From Candidatus Melainabacteria bacterium 17Bon1m (GTDB lineage: Bacteria; Cyanobacteriota; Vampirovibrionia; Obscuribacterales; Obscuribacteraceae), in assembly GCA_032128875.1 (NCBI GenBank), contig JAVLKG010000006.1, positions 288,001 through 352,000 on the forward strand: a stretch of 64,000 nucleotides of DNA. The letters are read 5' to 3'. The position numbers and the translations under genes were made by a program. Below are positions 50,560-60,471 of the stretch, piece after piece. A model generated the notes under the pieces. The model was not told the origin of the DNA. It did not search any database and was given only the letters and a program-made list of their open reading frames with translations. How positions within the stretch are numbered: position 1 is the first letter of the stretch; the number at the start of each line of letters is the position of its first letter.

Positions 50560-51672
50560 ATGCGCCGATTCGTATTCGCAGCTTTGATTGGAGGTTTTAT
50601 CGGCTTTGCCGTGCTCTTGCAAATTGCTTCGGATAAGGCTGGATGTTGGGGCTACGACAATTTTCATTGTGGAAATATTGTTATGCTTCCTGTCACCGCG
50701 TTCAAAATCTCTGATCTGATGCACGCGGCACGCATCCTCATCTTCCAATTTGAGATCGTAAATTCAGGATTTGAATTCTTCGTTAGAGGCGCTGGTGCTG
50801 GAATCTTCGTATTGATGATTTACGAGGGGCTCAGAAAACGAATCAAAACGCAGACGATTGACTCACTTCTGCGCTGGACTTCGCTGCATGAGAATTCGAT
50901 TGCCACTGCACTGTGGCTTGTGGGACTTCTTTTTGGATGTTACGTTCTGCTCGAACTTCTAATGTTCTGCATTGGTGTGTCGTATTTTGCCTTGGGAGGG
51001 TACCTAAATGCGACTTCAATAGCAATTATTCTTCCTTCAGTTGTTCTGCATGTTCTAATTCTTGCCGCAGCTTACAAGAAGAAGCTTTTCCTTTGGCAAC
51101 AAGTAAGCCGCGACACTCCACACTTTCATCTCGTAAAATTTTTGAAGGCTTTTTTCTTTCTGCTAGTCATTTTACTTGGAGTTTTGTTGGCTTGTTATTT
51201 CATGCTCTTAGGTCAAAGTTATTGGGGTGGTGCGTCTGAGTTATCCAGCTCTGATTTAAATCTTGCACCATCTACCTCGTATAAAGGTGTTGTTTTTGCA
51301 GAAGCATTCAATACTTTTATTAGTGCTTGGTGTGCTTGCGGTTTGGTTTTTCTGTTGGAGACTTCAACTTTTAAATATTACACAGGAAAGACGTGGACAG
51401 AATGTGCACGTATCTGTGGATTCAATGCTCTTTTACAATGTGGTTGGCTGCATCTTTTGTTGCCTACAATTTGCGTGCCTCTCTTTTTTCATCCGATCGA
51501 TGGCGGTTCCATCCGCCCGTTTCTGATGGATGTTAATAGTATTGTCGTTGCAATCTCCACGATTCCCGTGACCTTATGTGGAGTGGCAGTTGCTTTCGCG
51601 CCCAGGCAGGACGGAAAGCTCGATCTCTACGCTACAGATTCGAAACTCCATAATTCCTCCACATTAGTTTGA
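50560..51672 (+). CDS. hypothetical multi-pass membrane protein
   Basis: About 9 hydrophobic segments; AT-richer than flanks. Confidence 0.7.
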   Translation: MRRFVFAALIGGFIGFAVLLQIASDKAGCWGYDNFHCGNIVMLPVTAFKISDLMHAARILIFQFEIVNSGFEFFVRGAGAGIFVLMIYEGLRKRIKTQTIDSLLRWTSLHENSIATALWLVGLLFGCYVLLELLMFCIGVSYFALGGYLNATSIAIILPSVVLHVLILAAAYKKKLFLWQQVSRDTPHFHLVKFLKAFFFLLVILLGVLLACYFMLLGQSYWGGASELSSSDLNLAPSTSYKGVVFAEAFNTFISAWCACGLVFLLETSTFKYYTGKTWTECARICGFNALLQCGWLHLLLPTICVPLFFHPIDGGSIRPFLMDVNSIVVAISTIPVTLCGVAVAFAPRQDGKLDLYATDSKLHNSSTLV

Positions 51673-51793
51673 TAGTGTGAAGGTAATGGCAGGCGAGGGC
51701 TTGCGTTTAACCGATCAGCATCATGGGCGCGAAGTGATGGGCACGAAACGTCACTTCCGCTCCTGATGCTGCATCGATGACTTTGGAGACGAT

Positions 51794-52909
51794 ATGCGAA
51801 ACACTCTTATGCTAGCCGTTGTCTGTAGTTTTGCGATGATTGCTATTATTTCTGCAAATTCCGCCTTTGCGGAAACCGACGGAATCGGTTGGATTCCCAC
51901 TTGGAAGCAAGCGATTTCCGAGGCATCCAAAGCACACAAACCGATTTTATTGGTTGCTGCAGCTCCGCAGTGTGCTGGCGTCTCTGGTATTTGGTGACCA
52001 GGCAAGCAAGACATGGATGAGAGGTTCTTGTCCAAGCCCAACGTAATAAAAGCCTCCAGAGATTTCGTATGCGTCCGCATGATGACCTACGAGAGTGCAA
52101 GCGAAGCGCAACTGCTGAAGACACTCTGGCGTCCGGATGCGCCGCTGGAGAATACTGTTTTTGCCATTCTTGACCCGGATGGACGCTCTATCGTTCGAGG
52201 TGGTCGCAGTCCGCAAATGGTATTTCGCGATGCGGATGATATGACGACGCACATGAATGAGATCGCCCGCTACTACGGTAGTAACGGTGATTCTGTTCCG
52301 AAAGCGCTGCCCACAGTAGATACTGTGCGCCTTGCAGTAGACGTCGCTGCGTGCGACAAACGTCCGTTAGTGATTGTTGTTGGGCAAAACGATCAAGAGA
52401 GAAAACAGCTGGCAGCGCGCCTGGCACCAAGCGCCTGGTCGGAGCCATTAATCGGAAAACTCGTTTATACGACTGGAAGCGGAACAGACCTGAGCATCAT
52501 CAAGAATGCAAATCGATCCAGCGGATACATTTTCGCTGCACCTGGGTTGTTCGGAACAGACGGCACCGCCTTGATGCATTTAAGCCCTTCTGCCAGTCAG
52601 ATTGATCTTTCTGCGGCGTCCAAGCAGGCAATTGGAATGTATCAACCTCAAGTGCTGAGCCACCATGACCATGTACGTGCAGGGAGGCAAAACGGCGTTC
52701 AATGGCAAAGTGCTATACCTGTTTCCGACCCGCACGATCCCCGATCGTCCGGTGGTGCGCAAAACGGCGGTCCTGTGGTTTTTGGTCATCCCCCTGGTCC
52801 TCATCCAAGCGCCGGTCGCCTTGGCGGCGGATTCAGTGGCGGAAGTTATGGTGCTCCTTATGGTTCACCTAGCACCAGGCGACAAACTTACATTCAGGAA
52901 TTTCGGTAG
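51794..52909 (+). CDS. probable exported thioredoxin-like selenoprotein (UGA 51995-51997 read as Sec68; 371 aa)
   Basis: Two ORFs in the same frame joined by TGA-CCA-GGC-AAG-CAA-GAC; continuous Thioredoxin_7-like pattern IGW..WKQAISEA..KPILLV..W-U-PG..DERFLS.P.VIKASRDFVCVR; SECIS-like hairpin downstream. Confidence 0.8.
52014..52034 (+). promoter_or_regulatory. candidate bacterial SECIS element
   Basis: TGGATGAGA-GGT-TCTTGTCCA: 9-bp stem (two G-U pairs) with apical AGGUU, loop about 25 nt after UGA. Confidence 0.7.
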
Positions 52910-53135
52910 CGCAGGTAGTATCAGCCGATTTATTTACTGCGATACCAATCTGTGATTCTTGCGCAAATGTTTGCAACACTTCTGGGGTGCCTGTTGCAAA
53001 GTGGGTGCATGACAAAGCTAGATAATCAGGGTTCAAAATTGTAGTAGAGATTCGTTGAATTTCATCCTTTTCCCTAGGTGTTGCTCGTCCATTGACCTAG
53101 GATGTTTGCCTGCTTGCTCGACTAATATTGAGTCC

Positions 53136-54116
53136 ATGAGCGTTGATGAATTGGAACGCGTTAGTCGTTCCCAAGTGCAGAAAAAAGAAATGTTTGCGGG
53201 TAAGCGGTCTGTAGTGAGTGTCGGGGTTTTTTCCTTCACCACGTTTCTTGTCTTGGTACCTTTTCTAAGTAGTTCATGGTTCGGCGAGATAGCTGGTAGT
53301 TTTCGTCTTTACTATTTTTTTCCGCTAGTGGCTCTGGCAACTTGTTTCCTGGTGAAGCGAAATTGGTTGCTTATGAGTTTGGTTGTAATTACTTCGGCCA
53401 TAAACGTGATGCCTTTGCTCTACTTATTTCAGCGAGAAGTTCAAGTGGGCAAGGGCGAAACTTTGAAAGTGGTTCAGGTCAATGTCGAATATTGCAATCA
53501 AAATAGAACCAAGTTAGTGCAGTGGTTAAAGCAAGTTGATCCTGATGTTATTGCAGTAGAAGAATTGTCACTTACATGGGATGCCGCACTTCGCAAAGAG
53601 TTCCCCGGCTATGACGCCTTCACTGTTCCGCAGGATAGTTACTATGGGATTGGGCTTTTCTCCAAAAGGAAATTGATGAATGGGAAGAGTTTTATTCCAC
53701 CTGCCGTCAAACCAATTGAGCCTGCAATATTTGCCAAAATTCCATGCAAGAATGGTTCATTAAATCTCGCTGCAGTCCATGTTTTCGCGCCGCACCGTCC
53801 TGACGATTGGCGTCGGCGCAACATGCAAATGAATGCAATTGCAGAAGCGATTGGTGCAAACACTTCGTCGACAATCCTATTGGCTGATCTGAATTCGGTG
53901 CCATGGTCAAATGAGATGATGAAGTTTAGAAAAATAACCAATCTTCGCGATTCTCGTCTTGGCTTTGGAATCAAGAACACTTGTTTGGTAAAGCACTTGC
54001 TTTGGGTGCCCATCGACTATTGTTTGGTATCGCCAGGAATTAGGGTTCAAAAAATGACAATCGGTCCTTCATTTGGTTCTGACCATTTACCCATGCTGTT
54101 GGAGCTGAAGCTCTGA
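53136..54116 (+). CDS. EEP (YafD-like) membrane protein, paralog of 32773..33732
   Basis: PDVIAVEE, ADLNSVPWS, PIDYCLVS, GSDHLPM; start uncertain (ORF track 53055). Confidence 0.9.
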   Translation: MSVDELERVSRSQVQKKEMFAGKRSVVSVGVFSFTTFLVLVPFLSSSWFGEIAGSFRLYYFFPLVALATCFLVKRNWLLMSLVVITSAINVMPLLYLFQREVQVGKGETLKVVQVNVEYCNQNRTKLVQWLKQVDPDVIAVEELSLTWDAALRKEFPGYDAFTVPQDSYYGIGLFSKRKLMNGKSFIPPAVKPIEPAIFAKIPCKNGSLNLAAVHVFAPHRPDDWRRRNMQMNAIAEAIGANTSSTILLADLNSVPWSNEMMKFRKITNLRDSRLGFGIKNTCLVKHLLWVPIDYCLVSPGIRVQKMTIGPSFGSDHLPMLLELKL

Positions 54117-54538
54117 TGAAGAAGGTGATTCTCATCCTCTCCAACTTGATACTAATCGTTCTCATTGTTGGATATTTGTTGATTTCCGGGCTCAATCTAT
54201 TATTTGGTGACTTGTGCGGCAACGACGTCATAAGCGAAACTTATTCACCTGACAAAAAGATGAAAGTGGTTGTTTTTCGTCGCAGTTGCGGTGCTACGAC
54301 GGGTTTCTCTACTCATGTATCTATCTTGAATGCCTGGGATAGGTTGTCTAATGATGAGGCGGGAAACGTTTATTGCCTCGATGATGTGATTCCTTTGAAC
54401 ATTACGTGGACAGGAAACGAGAAATTAAATATTGTGCGCAGTGTTCCCTCTGCGACCTTTACGAAGGCGAGTACTCATCTTGTTTTGCCATTTTTCCAGC
54501 AGGTCAAAATAACCTACGAAACACTTACCGTTGATTAG
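54116..54538 (+). CDS. DUF5412-like membrane-anchored protein
   Basis: CGN..SPDKK..VVFRRSCGATTGFSTHVSI..ITW pattern. Confidence 0.75.
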   Translation: MKKVILILSNLILIVLIVGYLLISGLNLLFGDLCGNDVISETYSPDKKMKVVVFRRSCGATTGFSTHVSILNAWDRLSNDEAGNVYCLDDVIPLNITWTGNEKLNIVRSVPSATFTKASTHLVLPFFQQVKITYETLTVD

Positions 54539-54665
54539 AACATCAAAGATTGTGTCAATTGCAAACGAAAGGGGAACCGAGAATAGCGCGCGCCCCCCAC
54601 AATTCCTTGTTTTGGAACTTTGAAAGGTTCGCACTGTCTCCGTTGAGAGACAGGAGACTCCCGGC

Positions 54666-56369
54666 ATGCCGGATAAGTACGAAATTGCCAATTATCTGCG
54701 CGAGACTGGTTTATTGCTCAGTGCTAAGGGCGAAAACCAATTTAAGGCGCGTGCGTATCTGCGTGGAGCAAAGGCAATTGAGGCCACGCAAGCAGACATC
54801 GGTAAGTTGATAAAGGATGACATGCTCACCTCTATTCCTGGCATTGGTGAATCATTGGCGAAGACCATTGCGGAAATTTACCAGTCAGGCGAGTCAAAAT
54901 ATCTGGGGCGATTGAAAGATGAAGTGCCAGAAGGGACGATAGAACTTTCCCGAATTCCTGGTCTTACACTTGAGAAAATTGAAAAGTTGACTAGTGCTCT
55001 GGGTATCCGCACAATTGCCGAGCTGGAGCAGGCATGCCTGGAAGAGCGCGTGCGGCTTGTGCCTGGCTTTGCGGCACGCAGCGAAAGAGCACTTTTGGGG
55101 AAAATTCAGCGGATGAAGTTGCGTTCGTCAGCCATTTTGCTGGTCGATGCTTTAGAAACCGCCGAGGAAATCATTTCTTATATGCGATCCTCAGTACGTG
55201 GTTTGGATATTGAGGTGACGGGCGACGTGCGTCGCTGGCACGAAGCCGTGGACAAAGTTCAGTTCGTTGCCAAACCCAAAAAGGTTTCCTCCGCTATTGA
55301 TGCTTTCAAGAAATTCCCTCTTGTTGTTGAGGTCATTGAAAGTAGTGAGGAATTTGTAGCTGCCAGGCTTTTCAACGAGCTAGTCGTCGAAATGTTTATT
55401 GCTGAGAATATGCATTTGAAACTGTTGGAAACCACAAGCCCAGCTCACTTCTCGCATCTGCAAAGACTCGCAAAACGCAAGAATATTAGTTTGAGCGACG
55501 CCGAGTTTAGAACAAAAACGCGACACATAGAAGTCGTTTCCGAAGCAGACGTTTATAAAAAACTCGGATTAGCTTTTGTACCGCCCGAGCTGCGAGAAGA
55601 TGATGGCGAGATAGAACTAGCTCGCAAGGACGACTTCTCAGATTTACTAGAAATTGAAGATATTCAAGGCATGACTCATTGCCACAGCACTTACTCAGAT
55701 GGGCGTCATTCCATAGAGCAAATGGCTCGTGCGGCTGAGCGTCTGGGCATGAAGTACATGACCATTACTGATCATTCTCCGACCGCGCATTATGCTGGTG
55801 GTCTTACTGTCGATCGCCTGAAAGAACAATGGGAGGAGATTGAGCGCGTTCAAGAGAAAGTGAAGATCAAACTGTTAAAAGGAACTGAATGCGACATTCT
55901 GGCGGACGGTGCGCTAGATTACCCTGACGAAATTCTTGAACAGTTTGATGTGATCATCGCAAGTATTCATTCTCGTTATAAGCAAGATGAGCCGCGTATG
56001 ACAAAGCGCTTGCTAAATGGCTTGCGCAATCCGCATTTTAAGATTTGGGGACATCCGCTTGGACGCCTTGTCCTAAGACGTGATCCGATTCCTTGCGATG
56101 TTGAGAAGATTTTGGAAGCCATTCAAGACTCTCCCGTTGCGATTGAAATTAACGGAGATCCCTATCGGCTGGACCTGGCACCAAATTGGGCAAAGATTGC
56201 CAGCGAAATGGGCTTCAAATTTGTAATTTCTACTGATGCGCATGCAACTTCAGATTTGCAGAACTTGCCATTCGGAATTCACCAAGCAAGACGTGCTGGT
56301 ATTCGTAAATCGCAAGTATTGAACGCACAGAGTTTTTCAACATTTAGGAAAGCCGTAAAACCAGCGTAG
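54666..56369 (+). CDS. polX: PolX-PHP family protein with degenerate polymerase site and intact PHP nuclease
   Basis: GENQFKARAY, HhH IPGIG, VPPELRED, HCHSTYSDG, TDHS, STDAH; catalytic DxD replaced by KVQ. Confidence 0.92.
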   Translation: MPDKYEIANYLRETGLLLSAKGENQFKARAYLRGAKAIEATQADIGKLIKDDMLTSIPGIGESLAKTIAEIYQSGESKYLGRLKDEVPEGTIELSRIPGLTLEKIEKLTSALGIRTIAELEQACLEERVRLVPGFAARSERALLGKIQRMKLRSSAILLVDALETAEEIISYMRSSVRGLDIEVTGDVRRWHEAVDKVQFVAKPKKVSSAIDAFKKFPLVVEVIESSEEFVAARLFNELVVEMFIAENMHLKLLETTSPAHFSHLQRLAKRKNISLSDAEFRTKTRHIEVVSEADVYKKLGLAFVPPELREDDGEIELARKDDFSDLLEIEDIQGMTHCHSTYSDGRHSIEQMARAAERLGMKYMTITDHSPTAHYAGGLTVDRLKEQWEEIERVQEKVKIKLLKGTECDILADGALDYPDEILEQFDVIIASIHSRYKQDEPRMTKRLLNGLRNPHFKIWGHPLGRLVLRRDPIPCDVEKILEAIQDSPVAIEINGDPYRLDLAPNWAKIASEMGFKFVISTDAHATSDLQNLPFGIHQARRAGIRKSQVLNAQSFSTFRKAVKPA

Positions 56370-56391
56370 TCATGTCACGGGGCTAATAATT

Positions 56392-57465
56392 ATGTCAGTT
56401 GCCAAATCAACAACCTCCAAGACTAAAGCCAGTAAGGTTTCTGCTGCTACTAGAAATTCGTCTACTTCGAACTCGAAGCTGAATTATGAGTATGCGCCGA
56501 TGGAAGCTCTGCTGCAGGACAAATTACCTTCGGGAGATAAGTGGCAGTATGAGCCGAAGTGGGATGGTTTTCGATGTATCGCATTTCGCGATGGAGATGA
56601 GATAGAGCTGCGTTCGAAAAGTGGGCAGTCTTTGAGTAGATATTTTCCTGAAGTCGTTGATTCTCTTTCGAAATTGAAGGCCGATAAATTTGTGCTTGAT
56701 GGCGAGTTGGTTATTCCTGTCGGAAACATTTTTTCGTTTGACGATCTTTTGCAGAGAATACATCCGGCAGAGAGTCGTGTCCGAAAGCTGTCCGTGGAAT
56801 TTCCTGCCTCATACATCGTATTCGATCTTCTGAGTTCGGACGATGGAGAAAACCTGACGTCGCTGAGTTTGAGAGATAGACGTCAAAAATTAGAGAAATT
56901 CTCTGGCAAGTATTTGAAGAATCATAAAACGATAACTCTAAGCCCAGTTGCTTATGACATTGCGGATGCGAATGAGTGGCTAAGCAACTCTGGCGCCATC
57001 ATAGACGGTGTTATTGCCAAAGACGTTGATCTGCCATATCAAACCGGCAATCGCAAAGGGATGGTTAAAGTCAAAAGGATGCGCACGGCGGACTGTGTTG
57101 TCGGTGGTTTTCGTTATGGCACTAATTCAAAAGTAGTTGGGTCGCTCTTGCTTGGTCTCTATGATGATGAAGGTGGTTTACACCATGTCGGCTTTACTTC
57201 ATCGCTCTCGTCAAGCGAAAAAAAGGAATTAACTAAGAAACTTGAAAGCCTAAAGGCCGAGGCTTCATTTACTGAGAATGTGCCTGGTGCTCCTAGTCGC
57301 TGGAGCAATGAAAGGAGCACGGAATGGGTGCCGCTAAAGCCTAAGCTGGTAGTTGAAGTTCGCTACGATCACGTCACTGGGGGGCGTTTTCGTCATGGTA
57401 CGAAACTATTGCGTTGGCGCCCCGACAAGAAAGCGAAGCAGTGCGCGTTGGAGCAAATTTCATAA
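56392..57465 (+). CDS. ligC: ATP-dependent DNA ligase (LigC type)
   Basis: EPKWDGFR adenylation motif, LDGELV, LLQRIHPAESRV, RTADCVVGGFR, RFRHG..RWRPDK. Confidence 0.9.
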   Translation: MSVAKSTTSKTKASKVSAATRNSSTSNSKLNYEYAPMEALLQDKLPSGDKWQYEPKWDGFRCIAFRDGDEIELRSKSGQSLSRYFPEVVDSLSKLKADKFVLDGELVIPVGNIFSFDDLLQRIHPAESRVRKLSVEFPASYIVFDLLSSDDGENLTSLSLRDRRQKLEKFSGKYLKNHKTITLSPVAYDIADANEWLSNSGAIIDGVIAKDVDLPYQTGNRKGMVKVKRMRTADCVVGGFRYGTNSKVVGSLLLGLYDDEGGLHHVGFTSSLSSSEKKELTKKLESLKAEASFTENVPGAPSRWSNERSTEWVPLKPKLVVEVRYDHVTGGRFRHGTKLLRWRPDKKAKQCALEQIS

Positions 57466-57487
57466 GCAGTGGTTTCGCAGTCATAAA

Positions 57488-59020
57488 CTATTTGCGTTTT
57501 GTGAAAAGCGCTTTCAATGTAGTATTGCGGTTTCGGCCAAATAGCAGAGTGAAAAACAAGAGAGTTAAACCAGCCAGACCAATCAAGGCGAACGATATTG
57601 ATAGAAAGAACTTACTCAATCCGCCGACTTTTATTTTGTTAACGATTGCCTTCTTGTGTCCTGCAGATTCTTCAGTTTTTCCGAGCGCATCCTCTACATT
57701 TGAGAGCTCTTGGAGTGTTAGTCCAATCAATGTTTCGTTGCGACTCTTTTGCGCAATTTCTAAGCAATGTTCTAACTGAATCTCCTCTTCTGCGAATTTT
57801 TTTTCGCGGCCCAAGTTTAATGCATCCGAATGAAGTTTCTCCCATTGATTTGTTAGCTTGGTTTCGTTGTTTCTGTTAATTGTCAGGCTCGAAAGAGAGA
57901 TTATCAGCACCACAAACACAGTAAAAATTGCCAGAATGGCGCCGAGAAGAATTTTATATTGCCCTGTTTTCGTATTTGTGTGCAGTGGTTTATTGCCCGC
58001 TTTGATTGCTTCCAGATCTGCCATTAAGTCAGACATACTTTGATATCTTGACGTTGGATCCTTTTGCAAGCATTTCTCAACGACTGCTCTTAGGTCTTTG
58101 CCAACGTTGGTTCCAAGAGAGGGCGGCTCGCTATTTACGTGTGCAAATAAAATCTGGATTGCGCTTTCGTTGTGAAAGGGTGCATTACCTGAAAGCATTT
58201 CAAAGAGTATGCATCCTAAAGCGTAGATATCTCCACGTGCATCTACCTTGCTGCCGTGACACTGTTCGGGACTCATGTATTTTGGTGTGCCGAACACCTC
58301 GCCGGTTTGCGTCAAGTTGGGACCTAAATCATCATCGCGCATCAATTTCGCTATTCCGAAATCGACGATCTTTACTTCGTTATCACCATTCCTGTTTTTG
58401 GTCAGCATTATATTCGCGGGTTTGATATCCCGGTGTATAACTCTATTGTCGTGAGCGTGCTTCAGACCAGCGCATACGCCGAGGATTATCTCTATCACCT
58501 TTTGTTCTGATAAAGTGCGCTCTTCTCTAAGAACGTCACCAAGACTGGTGCCCTCAATGTAATCCATTACCAGGAAAGGGACACCATCTTCAGTTATTCC
58601 GAATTCTCTGGTGCCGCAAATGTTTGTGTGTTGTAGTCCTACCGCTGCTTTGGCTTCTTCTTGGAACCGCTGCAGCGCTTTGCTGTCGAATTGCCGGCCG
58701 AGTGCCAAAAATTTCACAGCAACGTCACGGTCTAGCAGTTGATGTCGAGCTCTGTAGACAGTGCTCATTCCACCCAATCCAATCAAGGAAAGAATTTCGT
58801 AGTGTCCGCCGATTACTTTTCCCAAGTGGCGGTCGGAATAAGGCACATCTTCACTGCGAACGTCGTGGTTGACGATGGTTAGATCCGGGGATGAGTCCTG
58901 TGTTTGTTTTTCTTCAAACGTTTGAGATGGCCCAGCGCCAACGTGACGAGCGGTTTCTTGATGCGCTTCACTTTCAACAAGTTCTATCTCTTTGGAGGTT
59001 CTTAAGTCTTTTCTGTCCAC
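57488..59020 (-). CDS. Ser/Thr protein kinase with two TM flanking a short TPR-like domain
   Basis: GLGGMSTVY, HRDIKPAN, DFG, GTPKYMSPEQ. Confidence 0.95.
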   Translation of the reverse strand: MDRKDLRTSKEIELVESEAHQETARHVGAGPSQTFEEKQTQDSSPDLTIVNHDVRSEDVPYSDRHLGKVIGGHYEILSLIGLGGMSTVYRARHQLLDRDVAVKFLALGRQFDSKALQRFQEEAKAAVGLQHTNICGTREFGITEDGVPFLVMDYIEGTSLGDVLREERTLSEQKVIEIILGVCAGLKHAHDNRVIHRDIKPANIMLTKNRNGDNEVKIVDFGIAKLMRDDDLGPNLTQTGEVFGTPKYMSPEQCHGSKVDARGDIYALGCILFEMLSGNAPFHNESAIQILFAHVNSEPPSLGTNVGKDLRAVVEKCLQKDPTSRYQSMSDLMADLEAIKAGNKPLHTNTKTGQYKILLGAILAIFTVFVVLIISLSSLTINRNNETKLTNQWEKLHSDALNLGREKKFAEEEIQLEHCLEIAQKSRNETLIGLTLQELSNVEDALGKTEESAGHKKAIVNKIKVGGLSKFFLSISFALIGLAGLTLLFFTLLFGRNRNTTLKALFTKRK

Positions 59021-59550
59021 TGGTCACGACCATTGAGTTGCATTAGGGCAAAAGACCAACAGAATTAGGCTTCCAGGGTTTGTTATACCCGGTAATGAGA
59101 TTTTTTCGGTCAAAACCCATAAAGGTAGGAACAACAAGGACTTTGACCGGTCCTTAAGGTCAGTAGGATGGGAGCGGAATTTTCGCTATTTCTTCTGCGT
59201 ATCGCTAGCCAAAGCCGAATAGCGTCAGGCTAGCGAACCATCCAAATATTAAAACAGCTATTCGCCAGAAACATTGGATGAGCTAGAAACTTTGAAGATT
59301 ACGATGCGGGTCGACAATTAAAAATCTGCGGATTTGTAAAGGCATTCCATAGTTCGCTTACAAATCGTGCCATTGGAAAACTGCTGTTCAAGCGATTTTG
59401 CGCTGGCGTGGTCATACATGCTGTGCGCGCGAAACCCATATTGTAAGCGTCTCCACAATTGCCTTACAATTCTCATGTGACAAAACCCTAGACGCTGTGC
59501 GCTGTTTGAGTATGATGGAAAATATATCCATCGCACCACGAGGCAAAACT

Positions 59551-60033
59551 ATGTTGCGCTCTCGAAAAGGCACCGCCATTAGTGAATTTGCACCAGGACT
59601 TTTTCTGTTGCTTATGTTTGGTCTATTTCCAATTGTAGACGCTGTTTGCATTGGCATAGACTATGGCTCTGCGCGCTATCTCAACGAGTTGCAATTGAGA
59701 GAGGCACAGAAACTGCCGCGCTCAAAAGCGATTGATATGAACGGGTCGGTCATTAGCGGAATACCTGATGCGTGGCGTCACACACTCTTAGGTGGATTGT
59801 CGGCGACCGATCAAAAAGTGGTGACGAAAATAGAATATGTCCCTGTGCCATGGCAACCAGTCGGTAGCAATCAAACGGTCAACTTTTGGTTCGTCAATAT
59901 TGCCACCACAACCACCTTCAGACCTCCCCTTCCAATTTTTCTCTTTAATGGTGTTCCGGGACTAGGCGGTCCAATTACGTTTTCAGTAGTTGGGCGTCGC
60001 CCGGTTGAGAACAACCGTTTTCTGAACGAGTAA
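59551..60033 (+). CDS. TadE/TadF-like pseudopilin
   Basis: RKG|TAISEF prepilin-type cleavage motif followed by TM (ORF track start 59398). Confidence 0.7.
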   Translation: MLRSRKGTAISEFAPGLFLLLMFGLFPIVDAVCIGIDYGSARYLNELQLREAQKLPRSKAIDMNGSVISGIPDAWRHTLLGGLSATDQKVVTKIEYVPVPWQPVGSNQTVNFWFVNIATTTTFRPPLPIFLFNGVPGLGGPITFSVVGRRPVENNRFLNE

Positions 60034-60066
60034 TTTCTTGTACGAGTGATTTAGCGAATCGAGCAA

Positions 60067-60468
60067 ATGAAAAATAGAAGAAGAAAGGGCAACGCCCTAA
60101 TAGAGTCGATTGTTGGCGTCGGCATCGTTTTTGTGCCGCTGGTATTGTTTGCGGCGGACCTTGCAGTGATGTTTCACGCAGCACATGCAAATGAGGAATT
60201 CGCCGAACAACTAGCACGTTTGTGTTCGACCCTTCCCGATGAGGCTAATGCACTAAAGGCTTGCTCGGATGTAATTAAGCAGTATCGCTTGCCTTCGAAC
60301 ATCTCAAATCTACAATTCAGTAATTTGGTTTTTGACGCTGGAACACAAGAAGTTTCGCTCACTACTTCGATGGTCGTGTCAATGCCAGTGCCGTTTCCTG
60401 GATACGAGCGTGTCACAGTTTCGGCCAATGTAAAACAGCCTATTGTTTCCGTCCCTGTACCGCGCTGA
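60067..60468 (+). CDS. TadE-like pseudopilin
   Basis: RKG|NALIES motif plus TM. Confidence 0.75.
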   Translation: MKNRRRKGNALIESIVGVGIVFVPLVLFAADLAVMFHAAHANEEFAEQLARLCSTLPDEANALKACSDVIKQYRLPSNISNLQFSNLVFDAGTQEVSLTTSMVVSMPVPFPGYERVTVSANVKQPIVSVPVPR

Positions 60469-60471
60469 GGT

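Noticed and set aside
51995-51997. Genome-wide UGA reassignment (code 4 or 25) as the explanation for the in-frame TGA
   Set aside because: TGA terminates other conserved genes at their expected ends (18513, 44503, 54116)
59021-59550. c-di-GMP or other riboswitch upstream of the Tad cassette
   Set aside because: Only scattered short inverted repeats (CGGTCAAA/TTTGACCG, CGCTAGCC/GGCTAGCG); no riboswitch consensus I could match
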